Origin: an uncultured Candidatus Rokubacteria bacterium | GTDB lineage: Bacteria; Methylomirabilota; Methylomirabilia; Rokubacteriales; DASRDR01 | Length of the DNA: 64,000 nucleotides | Direction: 5' to 3' | NCBI GenBank assembly: GCA_963799055.1 | Contig: CAWCVP010000015.1 | Location: 181,440-245,439 of the forward strand | Shown here: piece after piece, positions 20,175-32,426 of the stretch | How the letters are laid out: each line of letters begins with the position of its first letter | How positions within the stretch are numbered: position 1 is the first letter of the stretch | Program-made: the position numbers and the translations under genes | Notes under the pieces: model-generated | Databases searched by the model: none | Seen by the model: the letters and a program-made list of their open reading frames with translations, nothing else | What the model was told of the DNA's origin: nothing

Positions 20175-21041
20175 ATGACGACACGGACGACACGGATCTG
20201 GGCGGCGGCGTTGGCGCTGGTGGTGCTCCTCGGCACGGCGGGGGCAGCGCTGGCGGAGACGACCCTCGAGAAGATCGGCCGCACCGGCACCTTCGTGGTC
20301 GGAACGCGAACCGGCTCCCCGCCCTTCGGGTTCATCGACAAGCAGAACCAGTGGGGTGGCTTCTCGGTGGATCTGGCGAAGCTGATCCACGCGAACGTCG
20401 AGAAGAAGGTGGGGAAGCCGGTGAAGTTCGAGCTCAAGGAGTCGACGCCGGCCACGCGGATTCCCCTCCTCTCGAGCGGCGCGGTCGATCTGATCGCGGG
20501 CACGATGACGATCACGCGGGCCCGGCGAGACAGCCTGGACTTCAGCGCCGTCTTCTTCGTCACCGGCGCCCAGTTCCTGGTGAAGAAGGGGAGCCCGATC
20601 CGCGGGGTCCAGAGCATCGCCGGCAAGCGCATCGGCGCCCAGCAAGGGTCCACCAACGAGAAGATCCTCCGGGAGAAGCATCCGCAGGCCCAGCTCGTGG
20701 TCTTCCCGGACCAGCCGGCGGCGTTCACCGCGCTGGTGCAAGGCAAGGTAGACGCCTACACGAACGACGGAGTCCAGCTGGCCGGGCTCAAGGCCAAGGC
20801 GCCGAACCCCGGCGAATGGGACGTGGTCGGCGAGTTCTTCACGTACGAGCCGTACGGCATGGCGATGCGGAAGAACGAGAGCGACTTCCGCAATCTGGTG
20901 GACTTCACGCTCATGGAGGCGATCGAGAGCGGGGAGTACCAGAAGCTCTACGACAAGTGGTTCGGCGCCCAGGGCGAGGTCCCGTACCCCCTGTCCGAGA
21001 CGGCCCGGATCTTCCTCCAGATGCAGGTCATCCCGCGCTGA
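20175..21041 (+). CDS. Amino-acid ABC transporter substrate-binding protein (family 3)
   Basis: Signal peptide, then GTFVVGTRTGSPPFGF...DLIAGTMTITRARRDSLDFS..., typical of SBP_bac_3. Confidence 0.85.
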   Translation: MTTRTTRIWAAALALVVLLGTAGAALAETTLEKIGRTGTFVVGTRTGSPPFGFIDKQNQWGGFSVDLAKLIHANVEKKVGKPVKFELKESTPATRIPLLSSGAVDLIAGTMTITRARRDSLDFSAVFFVTGAQFLVKKGSPIRGVQSIAGKRIGAQQGSTNEKILREKHPQAQLVVFPDQPAAFTALVQGKVDAYTNDGVQLAGLKAKAPNPGEWDVVGEFFTYEPYGMAMRKNESDFRNLVDFTLMEAIESGEYQKLYDKWFGAQGEVPYPLSETARIFLQMQVIPR

Positions 21042-21096
21042 GCGACCGACGGCGCCGGGCCGCGGGCAGCCGCCCGCGGCCCGGCGCCATCCGGAC

Positions 21097-21843
21097 ATGC
21101 CGCGTCCCTTCCTCGCCCTCGCGTACCAGTTCCAGTGGAGCGTCCTCTGGACGAGCCCCTATCTCGAGTGGCTTCTCCTCGGGATCCTCACGACACTCAA
21201 GCTCACCATTCTGGGATGGGCGCTCGCCGCGGTCCTGGGCGGGGTCTTCGGCGCGGCCCGCACCGTGCCCTCGCGCTTCTGGCGAGGGGTCGGGGCCGGG
21301 TACGTCGAGTTCTTCCGCAACGTGCCGCTCCTGGTCTGGATGTTCTTCTGGTACTTCGGCGTCCCCCAGCTCCTGCCGGGCGGGGCCCAGGACTGGCTGA
21401 ACCGCCACGGCGGGGAGGTTCTCGCCGCGGTGGCCGCCCTCGGCGTCTACCACGGCGCGCGACTTGCCGAGGTGGTGCGGGCCGGCATCCAGTCGATCCC
21501 GGCCACGCAGCTGGAAGCGGCGCTGTCCACCGGTCTCACGCTGCCGCAGGCCTATCGCCTCGTGCTGGCGCCCATCGCCTTCCGGCTGATCGTGCCACCC
21601 CTCACCAACGAGTCACTCAACCTGCTCAAGAACTCCTCGCTCGCGCTCACCATCAGCGTCGCCGAGACGACCTTCGTGACCCGCCAGATCGAGACCTACA
21701 CGGCCAAGGGATTCGAGGCGCTCGCCGCCGGCACTCTCCTCTATCTGGGGCTCTGCCTCGGCGTGTCCGTCCTGATGGGGCGCGTGGAGCGTCGCGTCGC
21801 GATCCCCGGGCTGATCGTCCGGACCAGCGGGAGCGAGGCGTGA
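21097..21843 (+). CDS. Amino-acid ABC transporter permease (His/Glu/Gln/Arg/opine family)
   Basis: EFFRNVPLLVWMFFWYF, EAALSTGLTLPQAYRLVLAPIAFRLIVPPLTNE (EAA loop). Confidence 0.85.
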   Translation: MPRPFLALAYQFQWSVLWTSPYLEWLLLGILTTLKLTILGWALAAVLGGVFGAARTVPSRFWRGVGAGYVEFFRNVPLLVWMFFWYFGVPQLLPGGAQDWLNRHGGEVLAAVAALGVYHGARLAEVVRAGIQSIPATQLEAALSTGLTLPQAYRLVLAPIAFRLIVPPLTNESLNLLKNSSLALTISVAETTFVTRQIETYTAKGFEALAAGTLLYLGLCLGVSVLMGRVERRVAIPGLIVRTSGSEA

Positions 21844-21859
21844 AGGGGACCGGCGCTCG

Positions 21860-22561
21860 ATGACCTTCGACCTGGGCGTCATCCTGGACAACTGGCGCTT
21901 CCTCATCGTCCAGGGACTGCTCGGGATCGGGGCCTTCGGAGGCGGGACGCTGGCCCTGGCGGTGCCGGCGATCGTCCTCGGGTTCGCCTTGGGAGTCCTG
22001 GTCGCCCTGGCGAGGCTCTCTCGTCAGCCCTGGCTCTACTACCCCGCGTCCCTCTACGTGCAGCTGATCCGGGGCGTGCCGCTGGTGATGGTGGTGTTCT
22101 GGTTCTGGTTCTTCATCCCGATCGCGACCGGCGTGCCGCTGCCGCAGTACTGGGTCGCCCTGGTCGCCTTCGTCGTCTTCGAGGCGGCGTACCTGGGCGA
22201 GATCATTCGCGCGGGCATCCAGGCCGTCCCGCGCGGTCAGATCGAGGCGGCCCGCGCCACCGGCCTGCGCTACGCGGGGACGATGCGCCACGTGGTGCTG
22301 CCGCAGGCGGTGCGGAACATGCTACCCTCCCTGGTCACGCAGTTCATCATCCTGGTCAAGGACACGTCGCTCGCCTCGATCATCGGATACATGGACCTGA
22401 CGAAGGCCGCTCAGACCGTCAACCAGCGGGAGATCCGGCCGTTCGAGCTGTACCTCTTCATCGCGGTCGTCTACTGGGTCTTGTGCTACGGGATGTCGCT
22501 CGGCAGCCGTGCGCTCGAGCATCGGCTGTCCGCCACCCCCCGCGCGCGGGGGCGGCTCCGC
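21860..22561 (+). CDS. Amino-acid ABC transporter permease (second subunit). There is no stop codon before the next coding region.
   Basis: QLIRGVPLVMVVFWFWF, EAARATGLRYAGTMRHVVLPQAVRNMLPSLVTQFIILVKDTSLAS. The homology ends around ...GSRALEHRL, but the frame stays open into the TPR lipoprotein. Confidence 0.8.
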
Positions 22562-23389
22562 GTGCCCGTCCTCGCCGGAAGCCTGGCGCTCCTCCTGGCC
22601 GGGTGTACCGGAGGCCTCCGCGAGGAAGTGGCCCGCCAGGACGCCGGCCTGGCCGACCTTCGGACCGGGGTCGAGAGCCTCCGGATCGATCTCCGGAGCC
22701 TCCGCGACGAGGTCGCCGCCATGCGCGCCACGCTCGAGTCCGGGCTCGGGCGAGCCGTGGCGGCCCGGGAGGCGGAAGACGCGCGGGCGCGCGAGGCGCA
22801 GGACGCCCTCGGGGACCGCCTGGCGACCAGCGAGCGCCGTGCCGAGGATCTGGCCGAGGGGGTCAGCGGATTGGAGGTGGCGGTCGCCGCGTTGGCCGAG
22901 CAGTTCGCCCGCCTGGAGGCGGGCAACGTCGCGGCTCCCACCTTCCGCCGAACCGCCCCGGCCGGGCCCCGGCAGGCGGGACCCCCGATCTCGGCCGAGG
23001 AGCTCTTCGATCGCGGCATGGAGAGCTTCCGGGCCGGGGAGCTGGGCCAGGCGGTGCTGGACTTCGGAGAGTTCGCCGAGAAGCACCGGACCCACCCCCT
23101 CGCGGCGAGCGCCCACTTCTGGATCGGCGAGGCATATTTCCGCAGCCGTGACTTCGAGCATGCCGCCGGCGAGTACCAGCGAGCCATCGACCTCGCACCC
23201 TCCGGAGAGCGCACGCCCGACGCGCTCCTCCGCCTCGGGCTGGCGCACCGCTCCCTCCGGCGCGAAGATCGGGCGCGCGAGGTGTGGGCGCGGCTGGTCC
23301 GAGACTTCCCGGAGAGCGAAGCGGCGATCCGTGCCCGCGCCGTTCTCCGCCAGCCGGGCCGCGCCGTGCGGCCGGCGGAGCCTCGATAG
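22562..23389 (+). CDS. CpoB/YbgF-like coiled-coil plus TPR lipoprotein
   Basis: A possible GTG start gives (M)PVLAGSLALLLAGC (lipobox), then a coiled-coil (LRIDLRSLRDEVAAMRATLE) and C-terminal TPRs (FWIGEAYFRSRDFEHAAGEYQRAIDLAP...ALLRLGLAH). Confidence 0.65.
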   Translation: MPVLAGSLALLLAGCTGGLREEVARQDAGLADLRTGVESLRIDLRSLRDEVAAMRATLESGLGRAVAAREAEDARAREAQDALGDRLATSERRAEDLAEGVSGLEVAVAALAEQFARLEAGNVAAPTFRRTAPAGPRQAGPPISAEELFDRGMESFRAGELGQAVLDFGEFAEKHRTHPLAASAHFWIGEAYFRSRDFEHAAGEYQRAIDLAPSGERTPDALLRLGLAHRSLRREDRAREVWARLVRDFPESEAAIRARAVLRQPGRAVRPAEPR

Positions 23390-23464
23390 CAAAGATTCGG
23401 GGTCAACTCCGCGTCCGGATGGACGATTCGTCCTCGACGTCGGCGGCCGGGAACGTCCGTTTTC

Positions 23465-23492
23465 TTGACGATACTCCGAGCCGGCGTATATC
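23465..23492 (+). promoter_or_regulatory. Candidate sigma70-type promoter upstream of or overlapping the annotated dprA start
   Basis: TTGACG (23465-23470), a 16 nt spacer, then TATATC (23487-23492). Because the -10 abuts ATG 23493, the real dprA start may be the in-frame GTG at 23535. Confidence 0.3.
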
Positions 23493-24665
23493 ATGGCGCT
23501 TGCTTTGCACGTGTTTAGTGCCCCAGAGCCGATCGTGACGACGCTCGAGGCCGGACCGCTGACCGACGAGCGATGGGCGTGGGTCGCCCTGGCCCTCGTC
23601 CGTCCGGTTGCCAGCCGGGCCCGGGCCTATCACGACCTGCTACAGCTCGGCTCGCCCGTGGAAGTCTTCCATGCCTCCCAGCGGGTTCTCGCCGGGGTCG
23701 TCGGGGAAGACGCGGCGGCGGCTCTTCGGGCGTGCGACTGGCGCCGGGTGGCTCGAGAGCAGGCGGCAGCGGCGGCCCGATGCGGCGCGCGGCTCGTTCT
23801 CCTCGATGATCCGGAGTATCCCGTCTCCCTCCGACCGATCGACCTGCCACCTCCCTTCCTCCTCGTCCGGGGTGAGATGGTCCGGGGAGACGCCCTCGCG
23901 ATCGCCATCGTCGGATCGCGCCGAGCGACGCCCTATGGCGTCCGGATGGCCGAGCGGCTGGGCGGGGACCTGGCGGCTCGAGGGGTGACCGTCGTGAGCG
24001 GGCTGGCGCGCGGCGTGGACACGGCGGCCCACCAGGGAGCCCTCGGGGTGGGCGGGCGGACCGTCGCGGTGCTGGGTTCGGGTGTCGACGTGGTGTATCC
24101 ACCTGAGAACCGCCGCCTGGCGACCGAGGTTGTGGAGGCCGGGGCTCTGGTGTCCCAGTTCCCGATGGGGACCCCCCCGCTCCCCCAGCACTTTCCGGCG
24201 CGGAACCGGATCATCGCCGGGCTCACGCTCGGAACCGTGGTCGTCGAGGCCGCCGAGCGGAGCGGGGCGCTCATCACCGCGCGCTGCGCGGGGGAGCTGG
24301 GCCGCGAGGTGTATGCGGTGCCCGGGAACGTCTCGGCCGCCGGGAGCCAGGGCGCCAACGCCCTCATCCAGGACGGTGCCAAGCTGGTCCAGGGGTGGGA
24401 GGACGTCGTCGCCGAGTGGCCCCAGGCGTGGCGGCGGGCGCTCAAGACGCTCGCGCCGGAGGGGCGCGGCCCAGTGGACGGCACCGCCGCGGGCGGGTCC
24501 GGTCAGGGGAGGATCCTCGCCCTCCTCGGAGACGAGCCGATCGCGGTGGACGCGGTCGTGGAGCGAAGCGGGCTCCCGCCGAGCGAGGTCTCGGCCGGGC
24601 TCACGGCCCTCGAGCTTCTGGGGCTCGCACGCCGGACGGCCGGACAGCACTTCGTGCGGAGCTGA
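23493..24665 (+). CDS. dprA: DNA-processing protein DprA (Smf)
   Basis: AIVGSRRATPYG....VVSGLARGVDTAAHQGAL...VAVLGSGVDVVYPPEN...SQFPMGTPP...FPARNRIIAGL. Confidence 0.9.
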   Translation: MALALHVFSAPEPIVTTLEAGPLTDERWAWVALALVRPVASRARAYHDLLQLGSPVEVFHASQRVLAGVVGEDAAAALRACDWRRVAREQAAAAARCGARLVLLDDPEYPVSLRPIDLPPPFLLVRGEMVRGDALAIAIVGSRRATPYGVRMAERLGGDLAARGVTVVSGLARGVDTAAHQGALGVGGRTVAVLGSGVDVVYPPENRRLATEVVEAGALVSQFPMGTPPLPQHFPARNRIIAGLTLGTVVVEAAERSGALITARCAGELGREVYAVPGNVSAAGSQGANALIQDGAKLVQGWEDVVAEWPQAWRRALKTLAPEGRGPVDGTAAGGSGQGRILALLGDEPIAVDAVVERSGLPPSEVSAGLTALELLGLARRTAGQHFVRS

Positions 24666-24674
24666 GGGGGAAAC

Positions 24675-26936
24675 GTGGCAGGACGGTCGGCCCTGGTCGT
24701 GGTCGAGTCACCCACGAAGGTGAAGACCATCCAGAAGTACCTCGACCGCGGGTACGTGGTGAAGGCGTCCCTCGGTCACCTGAAGGATCTGCCGAAGAGC
24801 AAGCTGGGCATCGACCTCCGGGGAGGCGGCTTCAAGCCGCAGTACGTTCCGGTCCGGACGAAGTCGAAGACGCTCGACGAGCTCAAGCGCTTGGGCAAGA
24901 AGGCCAAGGCGCTCTACATCGCGACGGACCCCGACCGCGAGGGCGAGGCGATCGGCTGGCACATCGCGCAGGAGATCGGACTCCCGCCGGAGAAGGTCTT
25001 CCGCGTGCTCTTCAACGAGATCACCGAGAAGGCCGTCAAGGCCGCGTTCAAGGACCCGGGACGGATCGACCAGAAGCGGGTGGACGCGCAGCAGGCGCGG
25101 CGCGTCCTCGACCGCCTCGTGGGCTACAAGATCAGCCCGCTCCTCTGGGAGCGCGTCCGGCGGGGCCTGTCGGCCGGCCGCGTCCAGTCGGTCGCGGTGC
25201 GGCTGATCTGCGAGCGCGAGCGGGAGATCCGGGCCTTCGTGCCCCAGGAGTACTGGAGCCTCCACGCCTACCTGGCCGCCGCCCTGCCGCCCGAGTTCGT
25301 CGCCACGCTCCGGGAGAAGGCCGGAGAGAAGATCGTCCCGTCCACCGAGGCCGAGACCCAGGCCATCGTCGCCGACCTGGAGCACGCGACGTTCGTGGTC
25401 AAGACGGTCGACCGGGGCGAGCGACGGAAGAACCCGTCACCGCCCTTCATCACCTCGACCCTCCAGCAGGACGCCGCGCGGAAGCTTCGCTTCTCGGCCT
25501 CCAGGACCATGATGGTCGCTCAGCAGCTCTACGAGGGGGTCGACATCGGCGAGGGAGGGGCGGTCGGCCTCATCACGTACATGCGAACCGACTCGCCCCG
25601 GGTGTCCGCCGACGCGCAGGCGGAGGCCCGGGACGTGATCGCCGCCCGGTACGGCGCGGACACCCTGCCCGAGCGGCCGCCGTTCTACCGCGCCCGCAAG
25701 TCGGCCCAGGAGGCCCACGAGGCGATCCGGCCCTCGCTCCTCGATCAGCCGCCCGAGCGCCTGGCCCGCCATCTGAGCCGGGACCAGCTCGCGCTCTACC
25801 GGCTGATCTGGGAGCGCTTCCTGGCGAGCCAGATGCGTGCCGCGCTGTACGACACGCTGACGGTCGACGTCACGGCCGGGCCGTATCTCTTCCGGGCGCT
25901 CGGCTCTCAGCTTCGCTCGCCGGGGTTCATGGCCGTCTACATCGAGGCACCCGACGAATCCGCGACGCCGGTGGCACCGGAGGACGTCGAGGGGGATGTG
26001 TCGGGGATGCCGCCCCTCGAGGTCGGCCAGACTCTCGGCCTGGTGCGCCTCGATCCGAAGCAGCACTTCACGCAGCCGCCGCCCCGCTACACCGAGGCCT
26101 CCCTGGTGAAGGAGCTCGAGGAGAAGGGCATCGGCCGGCCGTCGACCTACGCGCAGATCCTGACGACGATCCAGAAGCGCGAGTACGTCCAGAGGGATCG
26201 GGGATCCCTGTCCCCGACCGAGCTCGGCGAGACGGTGAACGACCTTCTCCTCAAGGCCTTCCCCGACATCTTCGAGGTCGCCTTCACGGCGCAGATGGAG
26301 GAGTCGCTCGACGAGATCGAGGAAGGCGACCGCAAGTGGGTCGAGACGGTCCGGGAGTTCTACAAGCCCTTCGCCGCGGATCTGAAGCAGGCCGGCATCG
26401 ACATGGAGGACCTCAAGAAGGGCAAGCCCACCGACGAGACCTGCCCCACGTGCGGCGAGGGGAAGCTCCTGGAGAAGTGGGGGCGCTTCGGCCGGTTCCT
26501 GGCGTGCGAGCGCTACCCCGACTGCAAGTACACGCGGAATCTGGGAGAGAGCGCTCAGGCGGAGCCCGAGCAGGCCGGCGTCACGTGCGACAAGTGCGGC
26601 AAGCCCATGGTCTTCAAGCAGAGCCGATACGGCCGGTTCATCGGCTGCTCCGGATACCCCGAGTGCAAGAACATCAAGAAGATCACCATCGGCATCCCGT
26701 GCCCGCAGGAGGGCTGCGGGGGAGAGCTGACCGAGCAGCGCTCGAAGCGGGGTCGCGCGTACTTCGGCTGCGCCAACTATCCGACCTGCCGATTCGTCGT
26801 CTGGCAGCGGCCGGTCGCCACCCCGTGCCCGAAGTGCGCCGCGCCCTTCCTGACCCAGCGCGGCGGCCGGGGCAAGCGGTGGGTCCAGTGCTGGCGCGAG
26901 GGGTGCGACTACCGGCGCGAGACCGAGAGCGCGTGA
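24675..26936 (+). CDS. topA: DNA topoisomerase I
   Basis: Toprim start LVVVESPTKVKTIQKYL, DPDREGEAI, ITYMRTDS (active-site Tyr region), and C-terminal zinc ribbons (CPTCGEGKL, CDKCGKPM, CPQEGCGGEL, CPKCAAPF). Confidence 0.95.
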   Translation: MAGRSALVVVESPTKVKTIQKYLDRGYVVKASLGHLKDLPKSKLGIDLRGGGFKPQYVPVRTKSKTLDELKRLGKKAKALYIATDPDREGEAIGWHIAQEIGLPPEKVFRVLFNEITEKAVKAAFKDPGRIDQKRVDAQQARRVLDRLVGYKISPLLWERVRRGLSAGRVQSVAVRLICEREREIRAFVPQEYWSLHAYLAAALPPEFVATLREKAGEKIVPSTEAETQAIVADLEHATFVVKTVDRGERRKNPSPPFITSTLQQDAARKLRFSASRTMMVAQQLYEGVDIGEGGAVGLITYMRTDSPRVSADAQAEARDVIAARYGADTLPERPPFYRARKSAQEAHEAIRPSLLDQPPERLARHLSRDQLALYRLIWERFLASQMRAALYDTLTVDVTAGPYLFRALGSQLRSPGFMAVYIEAPDESATPVAPEDVEGDVSGMPPLEVGQTLGLVRLDPKQHFTQPPPRYTEASLVKELEEKGIGRPSTYAQILTTIQKREYVQRDRGSLSPTELGETVNDLLLKAFPDIFEVAFTAQMEESLDEIEEGDRKWVETVREFYKPFAADLKQAGIDMEDLKKGKPTDETCPTCGEGKLLEKWGRFGRFLACERYPDCKYTRNLGESAQAEPEQAGVTCDKCGKPMVFKQSRYGRFIGCSGYPECKNIKKITIGIPCPQEGCGGELTEQRSKRGRAYFGCANYPTCRFVVWQRPVATPCPKCAAPFLTQRGGRGKRWVQCWREGCDYRRETESA

Positions 26937-27832
26937 AGCCGTCCGGCGGCGAGCCGGGCGGCCCGGCCGTCGCGGCATTCCTTCGGTACCTGGTGGCGGA
27001 GCGGGCGGCCTCCGAGCACACCGTGCGCAGCTACCGGGCGGACCTCGTCGACTGTGCGGCCTTCCTCCAGCGGCGCGGCCTCGGGGCGCTGCCCGACGCG
27101 GATGCCCGGGTGGTCCGCGGCTACCTGGCCGATCTCCACGAGCGCGGGCTGGCCCGGACGTCCATCGCCCGGCGCCTGGCCACGCTGCGGAGCTTCTTCC
27201 GGTTCCTGGTGCGGCGGAAGCTCGCGCGGACGAATCCGGCCCGCGAGGTGCGCACGCCGAGCCTCCCCGGGCGGTTGCCGGCCCATCTCCCGATCGACCA
27301 GAGCGAGGCCCTCTTTCGCCAGCGGTTCGGCGATGACGAGGCGAGCCGGCGCGACCGGGCCATCCTGGAGGTCCTCTACGCGAGCGGGGTCCGCGTCGCT
27401 GAGCTGTCCGGACTGGACCTGGAGGATGTCGACCTCCGGGAGGGTGGTGTGCGGGTGCTCGGGAAGGGACGCAAGGAGCGCATCGTTCCGCTGGGCGCGA
27501 AGGCGATCGAGGCGCTCCGGGACTACCTGGGCGCGCGCGAGAGCGGGCAGGGACCTCTCTTCCGGAACTCCCGGGGTGGCCGGCTCACGGTGCGCAGCCT
27601 GCACCGGATCGTCCGGGCCCGGGCCCGGGCGGCGGGGCTCGCCGGACGCGTGACTCCCCACACCCTGCGTCACACCTTCGCGACGCATCTCCTGGACGCC
27701 GGCGCCGACCTGCGGCTGATTCAGGAGCTCCTGGGGCACGCGCGCCTCACGACGACCCAGCGCTACACGCACGTGAGCGCCGACCGGCTGGCCAAGGTCT
27801 ACGACGCGGCCCATCCGCGGGCACGGGCATGA
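26933..27832 (+). CDS. xerC: Tyrosine recombinase XerC
   Basis: GTG start overlapping the topA stop. [73 protein letters not shown] (R..HxxR..Y). Classic xerC-hslVU synteny. Confidence 0.9.
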   Translation: MKPSGGEPGGPAVAAFLRYLVAERAASEHTVRSYRADLVDCAAFLQRRGLGALPDADARVVRGYLADLHERGLARTSIARRLATLRSFFRFLVRRKLARTNPAREVRTPSLPGRLPAHLPIDQSEALFRQRFGDDEASRRDRAILEVLYASGVRVAELSGLDLEDVDLREGGVRVLGKGRKERIVPLGAKAIEALRDYLGARESGQGPLFRNSRGGRLTVRSLHRIVRARARAAGLAGRVTPHTLRHTFATHLLDAGADLRLIQELLGHARLTTTQRYTHVSADRLAKVYDAAHPRARA

Positions 27833-28367
27833 CCGGCTCCCCGACCATCCACGCGACGACGGTCGTCTCCGTGCGCCACCGCGGGCGTGTGGCGATGGCC
27901 GGGGACGGGCAGGTCAGCCTGGGCCCGACGATCCTCAAGCACACGGCACGGAAGGTGCGTCGCGTCCATCACGATCGCGTGCTGGCGGGCTTCGCCGGCA
28001 CGGCCGCCGATGCCTTCACGCTGTTCGAGCGGTTCGAGGCGCGGCTGGAGGAGCACCGGGGCAACCTGCGGAGGGCCGCCGTCGAGCTGGCGAAGGAGTG
28101 GCGGAGCGACCGGGTCCTTCGCCGGCTGGAGGCCTTGCTGGCGGTCGCGGATCCCGACGCCTCCTTCCTCGTTTCCGGCACGGGTGAGGTGATCGAGCCG
28201 GACGACGGGCTCATCGGGATCGGGTCGGGCGGGCCGTACGCGCTGGCGGCCGCCCGGGCGCTGGTCGCGCACTCCGCGCTCGACGCCAAGGCGATCGCGG
28301 TCGAGGCCATGCGGGTGGCGGCGGGCATCTGCGTCTACACCAACGACCAGGTCACCGTGGAGGAGCT

Positions 28368-28371
<4 letters not shown>
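27829..28371 (+). CDS. hslV: ATP-dependent protease subunit HslV
   Basis: [53 protein letters not shown]. Confidence 0.95.
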
Positions 28372-29741
<1,370 letters not shown>

Positions 29742-29801
29742 GGCCAGGTGGCCCGCGTGACGCCACGTGATGGAGGTCGCGGGAAGACGGTGACGAGCGC
29801 C

Positions 29802-30668
29802 ATGGAGAAGCTCATCGAGAAGGCCGGGACCCTCATGGATGCCTTGCCCTACATCCGGGCGTTCTGGGGCAAGACCTTCGTCATCAAGTACGGCGGCCAC
29901 GCGATGGAGTCCCCCCAGCTGGCCGAGGGCTTCGCCCGCGACGTCATCCTCTTGAAGTACGTCGGCATGAACCCCGTGATCGTCCACGGAGGCGGCCCCC
30001 AGATCGGCGCGATGATGAAGCGGCTCGGCAAGGAGCCGCAGTTCGTCGGCGGGATGCGCGTGACCGACGAGGAGACGATGGAGATCGTCGAGATGGTCCT
30101 CGTCGGCCGGATCAACAAGGAGATCGTCGGCCTGATCAACCACCAGGGCGGCAAGGCGGTCGGCCTGTCGGGGAAGGACGGCACGCTGATCCGGGCGCGG
30201 CGCCGCACCCACCGGACGGCCGCCGGGGAGGAGCTCGACCTCGGGCTGGTCGGCGACGTCACGCACGTCAACCCGGAGCCGATCAAGCTCCTCGACGAGC
30301 ACGGGTTCATCCCGGTGATCGCGCCCGTCGGCGTCGGCGAGGGCGGAGAGAGCTACAACATCAACGCCGACCTGGTCGCCGGGGAGATGGCGGCCGCCCT
30401 CCAGGCCGAGAAGCTCATCCACCTGACGGACGTCGAGGGGATCAAGGGTCCGGGTGGCGAGCTGATCTCGACCCTGTCGCAGGCCGAAGCCCGCCGCCTG
30501 GTGTCCGCCGGCGTGATCGAGGGGGGCATGCTCCCGAAAGTCGAGTCGTCGCTCCGCGCCCTCGAAGCCGGCACCCGGAAGGCCCATATCCTGGACGGCC
30601 GCGTGCCCCACGCGATCCTGCTCGAGATCTTCACGAAGGAAGGCATCGGGACCGAGATCGTGCTGTAG
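29802..30668 (+). CDS. argB: Acetylglutamate kinase
   Basis: [47 protein letters not shown]. The start is chosen at Met 29802, in frame within ORF 29748. Confidence 0.9.
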   Translation: MEKLIEKAGTLMDALPYIRAFWGKTFVIKYGGHAMESPQLAEGFARDVILLKYVGMNPVIVHGGGPQIGAMMKRLGKEPQFVGGMRVTDEETMEIVEMVLVGRINKEIVGLINHQGGKAVGLSGKDGTLIRARRRTHRTAAGEELDLGLVGDVTHVNPEPIKLLDEHGFIPVIAPVGVGEGGESYNINADLVAGEMAAALQAEKLIHLTDVEGIKGPGGELISTLSQAEARRLVSAGVIEGGMLPKVESSLRALEAGTRKAHILDGRVPHAILLEIFTKEGIGTEIVL

Positions 30669-30822
30669 CCGACCCCTCGAGCTTGGCGTCTCCGGCGCTA
30701 GGTATCGGCGCCGCATGCAGTAGCCAGCCCGTGACGGCCATGTGCAGCATGGACGTATCGCGCCTGGCGCCAGGGTGACGCCTCGGGGTAGCAGTGAGCG
30801 ATCTCGATTCGAAGGGGCTGAC

Positions 30823-32180
30823 ATGAAGGCTCCGCCGGCCGTGTTCGCGGGGATTCTGAGCTTGAGCCTCGCCGCGCCCCTCGCGGGAGAGGCGCAGCCG
30901 GCCCTCGAGCAGCTCCGGTTCGATCCGCCCCGGTTGTGCCTTCGGGACACCTTCCGGTGGGGGTTCTCGTACCGCGGGTTTCCCGGGGGCCTGGCGGCGG
31001 TGACAGACCTCGAGCTATCGGGAGAGGGGCCCGGTGAGCCGCCGATTCGCTCGGCCCTGACCCCCAGACGTGAGGACCTTCAGCGCTACACGACCGACCA
31101 GGGCCGCTTCGAGAGCCCCCTCCGGCACTGGAGTCCCTCGACGAAGGCGCCGGCGGGTGGGGTCGACATCCGCTACACGCTGCGAGTCGTGCTCGCCGAC
31201 GGGCGAGAAGTGACCAGTGCGACCTCGGTGCGCTACGTGGACACCTGTCCGCCATTGGCGCCGTACACGACGCTCGCCGCCGGCCCGACCGGGTCGGATC
31301 GCCTTCCAGACCGCGACGCCCGCGGTGCCGGACTTCCTCCGGGGGATCAGGTCCCCGACCACCAGCCTGGTCTGGGGGGACCTCGAGCTTCCCCACTGGA
31401 CGGACCGAGCGTGGCCCGGCCGTCCTTCTCGCGCACGGTGCCAGCGGGGTGAGCTCTCGCGATGACCGATGGGCCGAGGAGCTCCGGCAGGTTGGCGTCG
31501 CGACATTCATCCTCGATAGCTACACGGGCCGGGCCATCGCCAGCACCATCGAGGACCAGGCGCAGGTCAACCACCTGGCGGTGATCGGGGACGCCTACCG
31601 GGCCCTGGAGCTTCTGGCCACACATCCGCGGATCGATCCCGCACGGATCTCCGTGGTGGGGTTCTCGCGAGGCGGCGGGGTCGCGCTGTACACGGCCCAG
31701 AAACGGTTCCAGCGACTGAGCGGGGCGTCGGGCGACCGCTTCGCGCACCACGTCGCCTTCTATCCCGGCTGCTACTTCAGATACGTGGACGACGAGGCGG
31801 TGACCGATCGCCCGATCCGGATCTTTCACGGGACGGCCGATGACTGGACCCCCATCGAGCCCTGCCGAGCCTATGTGGAGCGGCTCCGGCGAGCGGGCGC
31901 CGATGTGCAGATCACGGAGTACGCGGGGGTTCATCACGGGTTCGCCAACCCGAACGCGGGGCCGGCGTTCCGCCTGGCCCGCGCGCAGACTGCCCGCGGC
32001 TGCTTCTGGGAGGAGCGCCCGGAGGGCGAGCTCGTGAACCGCGAGACCGGGCTCCCGTTCACCGTCGCCGATCCCTGCGTGGTTCGGGGAACGACCGTCG
32101 GCCCCGACCCGGCCGCGTATCGTGACGCGCTGCAGGCTGTGAAGGCTCTCCTGGCGCCGGGAGCCCGGCCGAGCCCGTGA
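30823..32180 (+). CDS. Dienelactone hydrolase-family (alpha/beta hydrolase) protein with signal peptide and an N-terminal extra domain; frame broken around 31300-31420
   Basis: Signal MKAPPAVFAGILSLSLAAPLAGEA. The C-terminal part reads VLLAHGASGVSSRDDRWAEEL...VVGFSRGGGVALY (nucleophile elbow G-x-S-x-G)...IFHGTADDW...HHGF. Confidence 0.7.
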
Positions 32181-32426
32181 GCCGCGCCGCCACCGGGCCG
32201 GATGCGCCGGCCTTGTGCCGCTTGACCTTGAGGTACAATAGCGCCGCCATGCTGCAGCCCACCCTCCGGATGAGGCCAGGCCCCGGGTCGCGGTCGAGCG
32301 TCGCTCGCCGCCGGCATCCCGGGGCTCCCAACGTGGACCGGGCCGCCGTCCGCTAGAACCGGCCGAGCGGCCCCGCTGGCGTCTTCCCTCGAACCCACGC
32401 GGCGATAGCCGCTTCCGGAGGCCTCG

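Noticed and set aside
24395-26932. 1145-aa ORF 24395..27832 that appears to span dprA, topA and xerC
   Set aside because: Only the last ~300 codons (XerC, from GTG 26933) make sense. The upstream part is an out-of-frame overlap of dprA and topA with an R/G/P-rich nonsense translation.
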